Assembly (NCBI GenBank): GCA_044222475.1
Contig: JBGANF010000072.1
Span: 1 to 40,102, forward strand
DNA: 40,102 nucleotides
From: Polyangiaceae bacterium
Lineage (GTDB): Bacteria > Myxococcota_A > Polyangia > Polyangiales > Polyangiaceae
Direction: 5' to 3'
Below are positions 9,085-17,773 of this stretch, piece by piece. Both the position numbers and the translations under genes were made by a program. The notes beneath the pieces were generated by a model. That model saw only the letters and a program-made list of their open reading frames with translations. It did no database searches and had not been told where the DNA came from. Every line of letters starts with the position of its first letter. Within the stretch, counting starts at the first letter, position 1.

Positions 9085-9684
9085 ATGCACACGTCGTTCT
9101 TCGAGACCAAACAGGCTCACTTGGCATCGCTCCGATTCGGCCGTCGGGAGACGGCTCTCGTCGCGCTCACCCCCGCACGCCTCGACATGCTGCGCACCAT
9201 CCTCGAACGCGGCGGCAAGCTTCGCCAACATCGGCTCAGACATCTCCTCGGCGTCAGCAACGCCGTCGTCAGCGTCATGGTCCGCGCCCTCGAAACACTC
9301 GGCTTCGTCACCCGCAAGCGTTGCGACGAGGACCAACGCACGTTCGTCGTCGCGCTCACCAAGCAAGCCGCCACCGCCCTTCGTCGCGTCGAATACGAGA
9401 CCAAGACGATGGGCTTCATGGATCTGGCACTCGTCAGCGCGTTCACCCCGGAGCACATGTTCCGCACCGGTTGGGTCGCTACCGTCAATCGGTTCTCGGA
9501 CTCCGCCGCGATGTTGCGTGCAGCCTTCGGCATCGGCCGCACTGGGTACGACCCGTGGGCCACGAACGATGATGACGAGTCCTTCTACTTCGCAGAGGTC
9601 GCAGGGAACCCCAACCGACGTCACCTGTTCGAAGATGCCGCCGACGAACCAGACGGCGGACCGCCGATCTACCTCGAGGAGTGA
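9085..9684 (+). CDS. MarR-family winged-helix protein with acidic C-terminal extension
   Basis: LTPARLDML, LRQ..L..LLGVSNAVVSVMVRALETLGFVTR...EDQR...V.LT (MarR wHTH and D-x-R wing). Confidence 0.78.
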   Translation: MHTSFFETKQAHLASLRFGRRETALVALTPARLDMLRTILERGGKLRQHRLRHLLGVSNAVVSVMVRALETLGFVTRKRCDEDQRTFVVALTKQAATALRRVEYETKTMGFMDLALVSAFTPEHMFRTGWVATVNRFSDSAAMLRAAFGIGRTGYDPWATNDDDESFYFAEVAGNPNRRHLFEDAADEPDGGPPIYLEE

Positions 9685-9686
9685 CT

Positions 9687-11030
9687 TCAGTCGCCGACGA
9701 GGCCGTACCAGTGCTTCTCGCGCCCTTGCTTGTTCGCGCGGATCATGAACGGTGAGACGCCGTAGTTCGTCGTCCCCGTGCGCTTGATGGTGAGCTGAAG
9801 CACGTCGCCGTCGACGGCCGTCGCGTTGCTCAGCTTGAGATCCAGCGTCTTCGACTCGCCGAGTGACGGTCCCAGGTCGTTCGCCGTGAGCTGGATCGTT
9901 CCCGCACCGCCGAACGCGCGAACGTCGATGACCTTGCTCGCCCCGACGGCCAGGCTCACCCCGGCTCCCTTCACCGGCCCATCACCGAGGTCGAACGTGA
10001 TCATGTCCGGCAGCAACAGCGCGCCGCCGAAGTAGTCACCGGCGGGAAGCGGAACGCACGGATCGAGCCCCTTGAACGCGGAGCTGTTCGACCACGACCG
10101 CTGCACCGTGAACGGGTACCCGTTCGGCTGAATGTACGCGTCGTCGTCGAACACGCAGAGATCGGCGTTCTCACCCCCGCCGACGAGCGCCCACGCGAGC
10201 CCGTCCGCCACTGGGTGCGAGTGAGCAGGATCGGTGAGCGGAAACGGATCGCTCGAGGCCTCGACGAACTCGTGCGACGACGAAACCGTGAGCTCCTCGA
10301 TGTCGGACAAGTTGCCGAACCCGGAGCAGCGCGGCATCACGGAGTACGCGCGCTTCGTCGAGTCGGTGAGCTCGACCTCGTAGTGATACGCGCCAAAGGT
10401 CTGGCAGCTGCGCTCGCCGTCGAGGAGGACCAACGTGCTCGCCGGGTAGTAGATCGCGTAGAGGACGTCCTCGACGTCGGGGAACGCCTTCGACTCGATC
10501 TTCTTCCGCAGCCACGCCGCGATTTGATCGTTCGTGATCTTCGTGGGAGCGGTCTCCGTCAGGTGAATCGGCGTCCCCGACACCGCCATCCCGACCCCGT
10601 AGTCGGTCATCGTCGTCCGCCAGTAGTCGGTGCAGCCCACCGATGCGACGAAGTCCTCGATCTCATTTCGGAACTCGTCGCCGTCGAACGTGATCGGGAT
10701 GATCGTCGGCTGGCGGAGCAGCGGCCCGCCGCTGTACTCGAGCTGCGGCGGCCGCGGAAACGGCGGCTTCGGCGAGTTCGGCGGAATCACGAACCGCGGA
10801 GGCACGATCTCGTTCGGGTCGCGAACACATCGCTTCCCCTGCGGAACGTACGGCGTCCCATCGGGCCCCGAGTCCTTCGGCGGCTTCGCGTCTGGTCCCG
10901 CATCGGCTGTGGGTATCGCGAAATCGTCGTCGAGCTCCGCGAAGTCGGTCCGCGCGCCACACCCCGCAGTGGCGGCACCGATGAACGTCGTCCCGACGAG
11001 CAGCAAAAAGCCCAAGCTCCGCGCAAGCAT
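9687..11030 (-). CDS. Lipoprotein with PHI-1/EXORDIUM-like HExxE domain and C-terminal Ig-like region
   Basis: MLARSLGF...TAGC lipobox; YSGGPLL, CQTFGAYH, SHEFVEASSDP, GENADLC, VQRSWSN. Confidence 0.7.
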   Translation of the reverse strand: MLARSLGFLLLVGTTFIGAATAGCGARTDFAELDDDFAIPTADAGPDAKPPKDSGPDGTPYVPQGKRCVRDPNEIVPPRFVIPPNSPKPPFPRPPQLEYSGGPLLRQPTIIPITFDGDEFRNEIEDFVASVGCTDYWRTTMTDYGVGMAVSGTPIHLTETAPTKITNDQIAAWLRKKIESKAFPDVEDVLYAIYYPASTLVLLDGERSCQTFGAYHYEVELTDSTKRAYSVMPRCSGFGNLSDIEELTVSSSHEFVEASSDPFPLTDPAHSHPVADGLAWALVGGGENADLCVFDDDAYIQPNGYPFTVQRSWSNSSAFKGLDPCVPLPAGDYFGGALLLPDMITFDLGDGPVKGAGVSLAVGASKVIDVRAFGGAGTIQLTANDLGPSLGESKTLDLKLSNATAVDGDVLQLTIKRTGTTNYGVSPFMIRANKQGREKHWYGLVGD

Positions 11031-11059
11031 CGGCGAACTCTGCACGGCAAATCGGCACA

Positions 11060-14000
11060 ATGCAACGCGCGAAGAGGCTATGCTCGCGCGTCGTCGCTCT
11101 CCGAAGAAGCCCCGTGTCGCACCCCCGGAAATCGCTCGTCTTCGCTCTCGCCGCGTGCGTCGCGCTCGCCGAGCTCGCGACCGACCCGGCACGAGCGGCG
11201 AACGACCCGACGATCGAGTGGCACAGCCTCGAGACTCCCCACTTCCGGGTCAGCTACTACACCGGCGAAGAGGAGTCGGCGCGCCGCGTCGCCGATCTGT
11301 GCGAGTCGATCTTCGTCACCCTCGTCCCCGCGGTCGGCTGGCCCCCGAGCGAACGCGTCGAGGTCTCGATCGTCGATCAGACCGACTCGGCTAACGCGTT
11401 CGCGACGTCGCTCCCGTACGACTCGATTCGCCTGTACGCCACCGCACCGGACGACCTGTCACCGCTCGGCGACGTCGACGACTGGTACCTCGAGCTCATC
11501 ACCCACGAGTTCACCCACGTCCTCCATACCGACCACATCCGCGGCATCCCCGCGATCGTCAACAAGATCATCGGCAAGACTCTCGCGCCCAACCAGGTGG
11601 AGCCACGCTTCATCCTCGAAGGCCTCGCCGTGTTCGAAGAGTCCTCGAAGACGTCGGGTGGGCGGCTCCGCTCGTCGATCTGGAACATGTACATGCGGAC
11701 CGACGTCCTCCAGGACAACGTCGCCCCGCTCGACGTGTTCTCCAGCAGCGTCCGCCGCTGGCCGCAAGGCAACCTCTGGTACCTCTACGGCTCGTTCTTC
11801 ATTCAGTGGATCGCTCAGACGTACGGCGAGCAAGCGATCCGCAACTTCATCGACGATTACTCGTATCAAATCATCCCTTACGCCATCAATCGATCGATGC
11901 GCCGCGCGACGGGGCGCACCTTCGAGGAGCTCTACCCGGCGTGGATCGAGACCCTGAGGCGCGACTACGGCGCGCAGGCGCTCGCGGTGCGCGCGCGCGG
12001 ACTGCGCGAGGGAACGCGCATCACCTTCGGCGGCCAGGGCGCTTCGTTCCCACGGTTCATCCCCAAGGGAGCGTGGGACGGCACCGCTGGCGACGTAATC
12101 TACGCACGCGACGACGCACACGACACCGCCGGCCTGTACCGCGTACCGCTGCGACGAGACGCAAAGGGGGCGATCATCGTCCCCAAGGACTCCGACCGCG
12201 AGCTCCTCGTTCGCACCGCGGGCAACTCCGCCGCCGCGTTCCTGCCCGACGGCAGCGTCGTCTTCGATTCGCTCGACATCCACCGAAACCTGTTCGCGTA
12301 CGAGGATCTCTTCTTCCTGCAGAGCGGCGCGAAGAGCGCGTGGGGACTCGACGGATCGCGCAAGCGGCTCACCGATGGCCTCCGAGCGACCCATCCCGAC
12401 GTCTCCCCCGACGGACGCCGCGTCGTGTTCACGACGAACAAACTCGGGACGACGTACCTCCAGGTCGCCGACCTCGACCGCGAGAACGGAAAGCTCGACG
12501 GCATGCGCGTGCTCGTGCCGAGCAAGAAGTACGAGCAGGCGTACTCGCCGAGGTGGTCACCCGACAATCGCCACGTCGCGTACTCGGCGTGGCAGAAGGG
12601 CGGCTACCGCGACGTGCGCGTCGTCGACACCATCGACGGCACCGTCCGCGAGCTGATGCACGATCGGGCGCTCGACGGCGGACCTTCGTTCTCGCCGGAC
12701 GGGAAGTACGTCTACTTCCACTCCGACCGAGTCAACGGCGTCATGAACGTCTTCGAGTACGAGCTCGCGACCAGCACGCTGAAGCAGGTCACCAACGTGC
12801 TCACCGGTGCGTTCGAGCCCGTCGTCTCCGCCGACGGAAAGACGCTCGTCTACCTGGGCTACGGCAAGGACGGCTACGACCTCTACGCGATGGATCTCGA
12901 TCGGTCGAAGCTCCTCGACGTCGCGCCGTTCGTCGAGGACCGCCCGACCCCTCCGAGCGAGCCCATCCACCACGACTACGAGGTCAAGGCGTACAACCCG
13001 CTCCACACCCTCGCGCCCCGCCGTTACCAGTTCAACACCGCCCCCGGATCGTTCGGGCAATCGTTCTCGGTCGCGGTCGCCGGGAACGACATCGCCGGCC
13101 GCCACGCGTTCGGGCTGTCGGCATCGGTGCAGACCGAGAACGCGTCGCCTCAAGTCGACCTCGAGTACACGTACGGGCGCCTCCCGTTCGACATGTCGCT
13201 CCACGCGTACCGTGCGATCGCCCCCGGCAGCTACGGCTTCGGAGGGAAGCGCGCGACGTACGTGTCGGAGGCCTTCGGCGTCGAGGCCAGCCTCGGCTAC
13301 GAGATCCGCGGCGCCTTCGACTCCCAGAGCTTCGGCGTCGGCTACAGCGTGAACCGCGTCGGCGCCCAGTTTCCCAGCGACGCACCGCCGCTCGATCCGT
13401 TCGACACTCCGCAGTACCCGTCGCTCCCGCTCGCGTCGATCTTGCGCTTCTCGTGGGGGTACTCGAACGCGCAGCGCTTCCTCTGGAGCATCAGCGCCGA
13501 GAAGGGGTTCTCGGTGTCCGCCGGCCTCGATTTCACCCACCCCGCGATCGCGAGCGACTATCGCGGCTTCCGAAGTCGCGTCGACGTCACCGGCTACCTC
13601 CCGATGCCATGGCTTCGGCATCACGTGCTCGCGCTCCACGCGGGCGGCGGTGTCGCCGGTGGGTCCTTCCCCGGTGGGCCCTTCTACGTCGGCGGTTTCA
13701 TCGACGTCGCGCTCCTCGATCAACTGCGTAGCGCCATCCAGAGCTCGAACTTCCTCGTCCAAGGCGGCGTCGCGCTACGTGGCTACCCGTCGGCGGTGGA
13801 GACCGGTCGGTACTACGCCCTGATGAACGCGGAGTACCGGTTCCCCATCGTCAACATCGACCGCGGCCTCTCGACTCTTCCGCTGATGCTCAACCGAATC
13901 AGCGGCAACGTCTTCGTCGACTTCGGCAGCGCGTTCGACAACCCCGAGACCGCCAAGTTCAAGACCGGTGTGGGCGGCGAGTTCTGGCTCGACTTCACCG

Positions 14001-14101
14001 TGGGCTACTTCGTGTCGCTCATGATGCGCGTCGGCTATGCGAGGGGCCTCGCGAGCGAAGGGCTCGACAAGCTCTACTTCGTCGCCAGCGTGCCGTACTG
14101 A
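11060..14101 (+). CDS. Outer-membrane protein: gluzincin-like peptidase domain + TolB/PD40 beta-propeller + BamA/TamA (Omp85) barrel
   Basis: Signal peptide; HEFTH...EGLA; repeated P.xSPDG motifs; LRGYP, AEYRFP, FVDFG; terminal aromatic residue. Start may be GTG near 11114. Confidence 0.85.
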   Translation: MQRAKRLCSRVVALRRSPVSHPRKSLVFALAACVALAELATDPARAANDPTIEWHSLETPHFRVSYYTGEEESARRVADLCESIFVTLVPAVGWPPSERVEVSIVDQTDSANAFATSLPYDSIRLYATAPDDLSPLGDVDDWYLELITHEFTHVLHTDHIRGIPAIVNKIIGKTLAPNQVEPRFILEGLAVFEESSKTSGGRLRSSIWNMYMRTDVLQDNVAPLDVFSSSVRRWPQGNLWYLYGSFFIQWIAQTYGEQAIRNFIDDYSYQIIPYAINRSMRRATGRTFEELYPAWIETLRRDYGAQALAVRARGLREGTRITFGGQGASFPRFIPKGAWDGTAGDVIYARDDAHDTAGLYRVPLRRDAKGAIIVPKDSDRELLVRTAGNSAAAFLPDGSVVFDSLDIHRNLFAYEDLFFLQSGAKSAWGLDGSRKRLTDGLRATHPDVSPDGRRVVFTTNKLGTTYLQVADLDRENGKLDGMRVLVPSKKYEQAYSPRWSPDNRHVAYSAWQKGGYRDVRVVDTIDGTVRELMHDRALDGGPSFSPDGKYVYFHSDRVNGVMNVFEYELATSTLKQVTNVLTGAFEPVVSADGKTLVYLGYGKDGYDLYAMDLDRSKLLDVAPFVEDRPTPPSEPIHHDYEVKAYNPLHTLAPRRYQFNTAPGSFGQSFSVAVAGNDIAGRHAFGLSASVQTENASPQVDLEYTYGRLPFDMSLHAYRAIAPGSYGFGGKRATYVSEAFGVEASLGYEIRGAFDSQSFGVGYSVNRVGAQFPSDAPPLDPFDTPQYPSLPLASILRFSWGYSNAQRFLWSISAEKGFSVSAGLDFTHPAIASDYRGFRSRVDVTGYLPMPWLRHHVLALHAGGGVAGGSFPGGPFYVGGFIDVALLDQLRSAIQSSNFLVQGGVALRGYPSAVETGRYYALMNAEYRFPIVNIDRGLSTLPLMLNRISGNVFVDFGSAFDNPETAKFKTGVGGEFWLDFTVGYFVSLMMRVGYARGLASEGLDKLYFVASVPY

Positions 14102-14108
14102 TCGCGAC

Positions 14109-14780
14109 TCACGGCGCGAGGTCGGTGAGCCTCTTCGGCTTCGGGCCGCACTTCACTCGCGCGAGCGGGCCTCCGCGGGCGACGAGCTTCGTTCCGTCCC
14201 ACACCGCGCAGGTCGCCTTGGTGAGGCCGTACACCGTGCGATCGGCAGGGAGCTTCTTCGCGAGCGTGAGCAGCTCCTCCCAATCGGGGTCGTCGTGCGC
14301 GTCGAACGAGTACGGCACGATCCCCATGCAATCGAACACCTCGGCCGCGTCGTCGTCGTGGTCGTGGAACCGCACCCAGTGCTCGCCGAGCATGATCGAA
14401 CCAGCCGAGATCCCCTCGAACCACGTGCCCTTCGCCGCGAGCTTCTTGAAGAACGGCACCAAATCGCGATCGCGGAGGACGTTCATCCCGTGATCCACGT
14501 CGCCACCGGTGATGAAGATCACGTCGCACGCCTCGAGGATCGCCTTGGCCTCGCTCGTCTTCGTCGCCTTCTTGGTGAGCTTCACCGAGTGCACCTTCGA
14601 CCGCAGCCCGAACATCGCCGTCGAGATCATCTTCTCGAACACGAGCGAGTCGTCCGATGCCGCGCCGACGTAGGCGATCACCGGCATCTTCTTCCCGAGC
14701 TCGCGCACGAGGTCGTCGTGGTAGCGGAACGACTTCGGCCCTGTCTTCGGGCCGGCCCCAGCGAGAAGGTACGTGGTCAT
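14109..14780 (-). CDS. Peptidase S51 (dipeptidase E/cyanophycinase-like), class I glutamine amidotransferase fold
   Basis: DVIFITGGD, GISAGS Ser nucleophile elbow, FDAH; ATGA overlap with rhodanese stop. Confidence 0.82.
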   Translation of the reverse strand: MTTYLLAGAGPKTGPKSFRYHDDLVRELGKKMPVIAYVGAASDDSLVFEKMISTAMFGLRSKVHSVKLTKKATKTSEAKAILEACDVIFITGGDVDHGMNVLRDRDLVPFFKKLAAKGTWFEGISAGSIMLGEHWVRFHDHDDDAAEVFDCMGIVPYSFDAHDDPDWEELLTLAKKLPADRTVYGLTKATCAVWDGTKLVARGGPLARVKCGPKPKRLTDLAP

Positions 14781-15214
14781 CGGGATGCCTTTCGTTTCAC
14801 CTCGGGCCACGACCGCTCGGGCGGCGCGCCGCTCTCCACCGGGAAGCCGCACGCCTCCCATCCTTTTTCCCGCAAGCGACCGAACGGGTCGCGCATGCCG
14901 TACCAGCCCGGCCGCATCTCGAAGAGCTCGCCCCAGCCGTCATCGAGGAGCATCTCGCCCGCCGTCATCGATCGAACGCCCGCCGCGCAGCCGAGCACGA
15001 CCTTCGCCGAGTCCTTGGCGAAGAGCGCGTTCATCGCAGCGACGAAGTCGGGGTTCAACATCTTGCCTCGGGGAGTCATCACCGCCAGCGGGACGTTGAC
15101 CGCGCCCATCGGGTGTCCTTCCTCGAACTCTTCCTCGGTCCTCACGTCGACGTAGGTGTACCCCGCATCGAGCTTGGCCTTCGTTTCCTCGGCCGAGAGT
15201 CGAGTGATCGGCAT
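14777..15214 (-). CDS. Single-domain rhodanese-like sulfurtransferase
   Basis: YVDVRTEEEFEEGHPMGAVNVP and active-site CAAGVRS. Confidence 0.92.
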   Translation of the reverse strand: MPITRLSAEETKAKLDAGYTYVDVRTEEEFEEGHPMGAVNVPLAVMTPRGKMLNPDFVAAMNALFAKDSAKVVLGCAAGVRSMTAGEMLLDDGWGELFEMRPGWYGMRDPFGRLREKGWEACGFPVESGAPPERSWPEVKRKASR

Positions 15215-15240
15215 GGGCTCGACCTAGCACAGCTGGCGAA

Positions 15241-17688
15241 TCAGTGGCAGGTGCCCGGGCTCGCGATGGCGCGCTTCACCGTCGCGCGGACTGCGTCCTT
15301 CACCGAGGAGTCGTCGAGCGACTTGAGGCGCGACGCGATGTCCTTCGGGTGGATCGCTCCGAGGGCCTCGATCGCCGCAAGCGTCAGCGCGAGCCCCTCG
15401 CTGTTGACCATCGGGTCGCCGGCGTGGAGCGCGATCTCCGAGAGCTCGTCGACGTAGGTCGCGTCGCACAGCGCACCGAGCGTGCGGGCGGCCGCCGCGC
15501 GCACCGAAGCGTCTTCGCGATCGTCGTCGAAGCGTTCGCGGATCGCCGGCAGCGCGCCGCGAGCGCGGTGCGCCGCGAGGGCGACCAAGATCGCCTCCTC
15601 GACCGGCGACGACTTCTCTTTCGCGAGCGCGCTGCCGAGGGTCGCGTCGAGATCGGGCGAGGCCGGCATCGCGCCGATCGCCTGCGCAGCGGCGAGCCGC
15701 ACGAACGTCCACGGATCGCCGTCGAGTCGCTTCGCGACGACCATCCCGGCGGCCGACGTCTTCTGCGCGCCGATCGTCCGCAGCGCGGCCTCACGCACGC
15801 GAGGCTCCGGATCGTCGACCGCGAGCACGAGGGCGGCCTGCGCGGTGGCGACGCCCAACGCGAGCTCGGCCGCGCGCGCGCGTACCGGCCACGCGGGGTC
15901 GCTCGTGAGCATCGCGACGAAGCGCTCGCCGTCCTTCACGCTCGCCCCCTTCGCGAGCTCGGACAGCGGAGCCACCGCGAGCCACCGGCGGGCGAGCGGT
16001 GCTCCCGCAGCGAGGATCTCGTCGAGAGCCGCCGTCGCTTCGTTGGGGATCTCGGCCACCCGCGGCCCGAGCGCGCGCAGAAGCTCGAGCCGGCGGTCGG
16101 CGTCGAGCGACGGTTCCTTCAAGAACGGCGCGAGCCGCTCGCCCGGAACCTCGCGCGCGGCGGTGGCCCACGCTTGCCGTGTCGACGTGCGCGTCTCTGC
16201 GTCGCCCTTTCCGAGTTGGAGCGTGAGCGGCTTGAGCGCCGCCTCGCGACCGAGGAGCGCGAGCATCCCCGCGATCTTCGGGCACGCGAGCGCCTTGTCC
16301 TCGTGCACCGCGTTCACGATGAGCGCCGACCGATTGCAGCGCGCGAGCGCGCTCTCCGCCTTGCGCGACGTCTCCGGCGTGGAGCAGAGGCCCTGGAGCA
16401 ACAGCGGCGTCGACGCCCCGCACGGCGCCGCGGCCGCAGCGTCGATCGCGAGCTCGCGCCCGTACTCGTCGAGCTTGGGCCACGCGTCCGCGAGCGGGAC
16501 GAGCGCGCGATCCCCCGCGCGCTTCAAGATCGCGACCGCCGTGTCCGACGTGGCGCCGCCGGCGCTGAGCATCGGCGCGATCGTCGCGAGGGTCGCTCCG
16601 CCGATCTCGAGCGCGGAGTACGCGCGGATCTCTCCGATCGTCACGTGAGCGCTTGCCTGACCATGATCGTACGGCTGGTCGAGGACGAGCCCGAGGCACG
16701 AGGACTTGATCGGCTCCGGCAGGACGACGTCGTACGTGCCGCCGCCTTTGATCATCGCGTCCTCGGGGAACGTCAGCGCGAAGTTCTTCGTCCCGGTCGT
16801 CAGGAACATCGTCTTTGGCGCGACCGGCGGAGGCAGCGTGCCTTTCGTGGCTGGCGCGGCCGGCTTCGTGATCGTGATCGACAGGCGACCGATGGGCACC
16901 TCGATGGGGGAACGAAACAGCACGATTTCGCCCTTGCCCGACGTCGTACCGGTGTCGGTCCACGCCGTCGCGTCGTCACCGTCGAGGAGAGCGCGCGCGT
17001 CGGAACCGGCGCTCGTCGAATCGACGGCCACGAGCAGCGGCACGATCGGCGCCGCCACCGTACCAGAATGGGACGACAGCACGACCGGGGTCGCGACCTT
17101 GGCCTCTTGGGCAGTGATCACGTCGACCGCGGCCGGGACGAACGCGAGCTTCCCGGCATCGAGCACCTGCGGCGACAGAAACGTACGGCCGCGACCACAG
17201 AGGACGAAGCTCTCCGAGATCCGCGCGCGGACGAGCTGTCGTTTGCCGCCCACGTCGGCCATCTCGAGCGTCTCACCGGTCATCGACCCCGGTTGGCCCT
17301 TCGTGAACCCGGTCGGCCCTTGGAAGATCACGTTCGCGCCCGCTTGGAGGAGGTCGAACGCCGTCGGCTCGTTCTTCGCCGGGACGTGGATCCAGAGCGC
17401 GCGCTTGCCGCCCGCCAGATCGAGCACCTCGAGCTTGATGCCACGAGCGTCGGGCACGACGCGCGTGGCGATCCGAGAGGTCACCGAGTTCGCCGTGCCG
17501 CACGGTGCCTTCGTGCAGTTCACGGTCGTGATCTCGCCGGTGTCCGGGTTGACCGACGCGACGAGCGCCTCGAGACCGCCTCCCTCGGGAACGGTTCGCG
17601 TCACGTCCGCGGCGCGAGCCGGCGATGCGAACGCCATGGCGAGCACGAACGGAACGATGGCGCCGAGCAGCGGTTTCGACCGATTCAT
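15241..17688 (-). CDS. Exported protein with discoidin/F5-8C-like domain and C-terminal HEAT repeats
   Basis: Signal peptide (..ASPARA); LLDGDDATAW; repeated DP.W/P.VR.AAA.ALG motifs; start chosen from TATGCT 7 nt upstream. Confidence 0.78.
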   Translation of the reverse strand: MNRSKPLLGAIVPFVLAMAFASPARAADVTRTVPEGGGLEALVASVNPDTGEITTVNCTKAPCGTANSVTSRIATRVVPDARGIKLEVLDLAGGKRALWIHVPAKNEPTAFDLLQAGANVIFQGPTGFTKGQPGSMTGETLEMADVGGKRQLVRARISESFVLCGRGRTFLSPQVLDAGKLAFVPAAVDVITAQEAKVATPVVLSSHSGTVAAPIVPLLVAVDSTSAGSDARALLDGDDATAWTDTGTTSGKGEIVLFRSPIEVPIGRLSITITKPAAPATKGTLPPPVAPKTMFLTTGTKNFALTFPEDAMIKGGGTYDVVLPEPIKSSCLGLVLDQPYDHGQASAHVTIGEIRAYSALEIGGATLATIAPMLSAGGATSDTAVAILKRAGDRALVPLADAWPKLDEYGRELAIDAAAAAPCGASTPLLLQGLCSTPETSRKAESALARCNRSALIVNAVHEDKALACPKIAGMLALLGREAALKPLTLQLGKGDAETRTSTRQAWATAAREVPGERLAPFLKEPSLDADRRLELLRALGPRVAEIPNEATAALDEILAAGAPLARRWLAVAPLSELAKGASVKDGERFVAMLTSDPAWPVRARAAELALGVATAQAALVLAVDDPEPRVREAALRTIGAQKTSAAGMVVAKRLDGDPWTFVRLAAAQAIGAMPASPDLDATLGSALAKEKSSPVEEAILVALAAHRARGALPAIRERFDDDREDASVRAAAARTLGALCDATYVDELSEIALHAGDPMVNSEGLALTLAAIEALGAIHPKDIASRLKSLDDSSVKDAVRATVKRAIASPGTCH

Positions 17689-17773
17689 CGCCCGCAGCAT
17701 ACTCCCGGCACCACGCCCCCCGTTCGCCGTTTGTTTGTCCGTTTTCGTCATCGCATGTCAGACCCGGTACACC

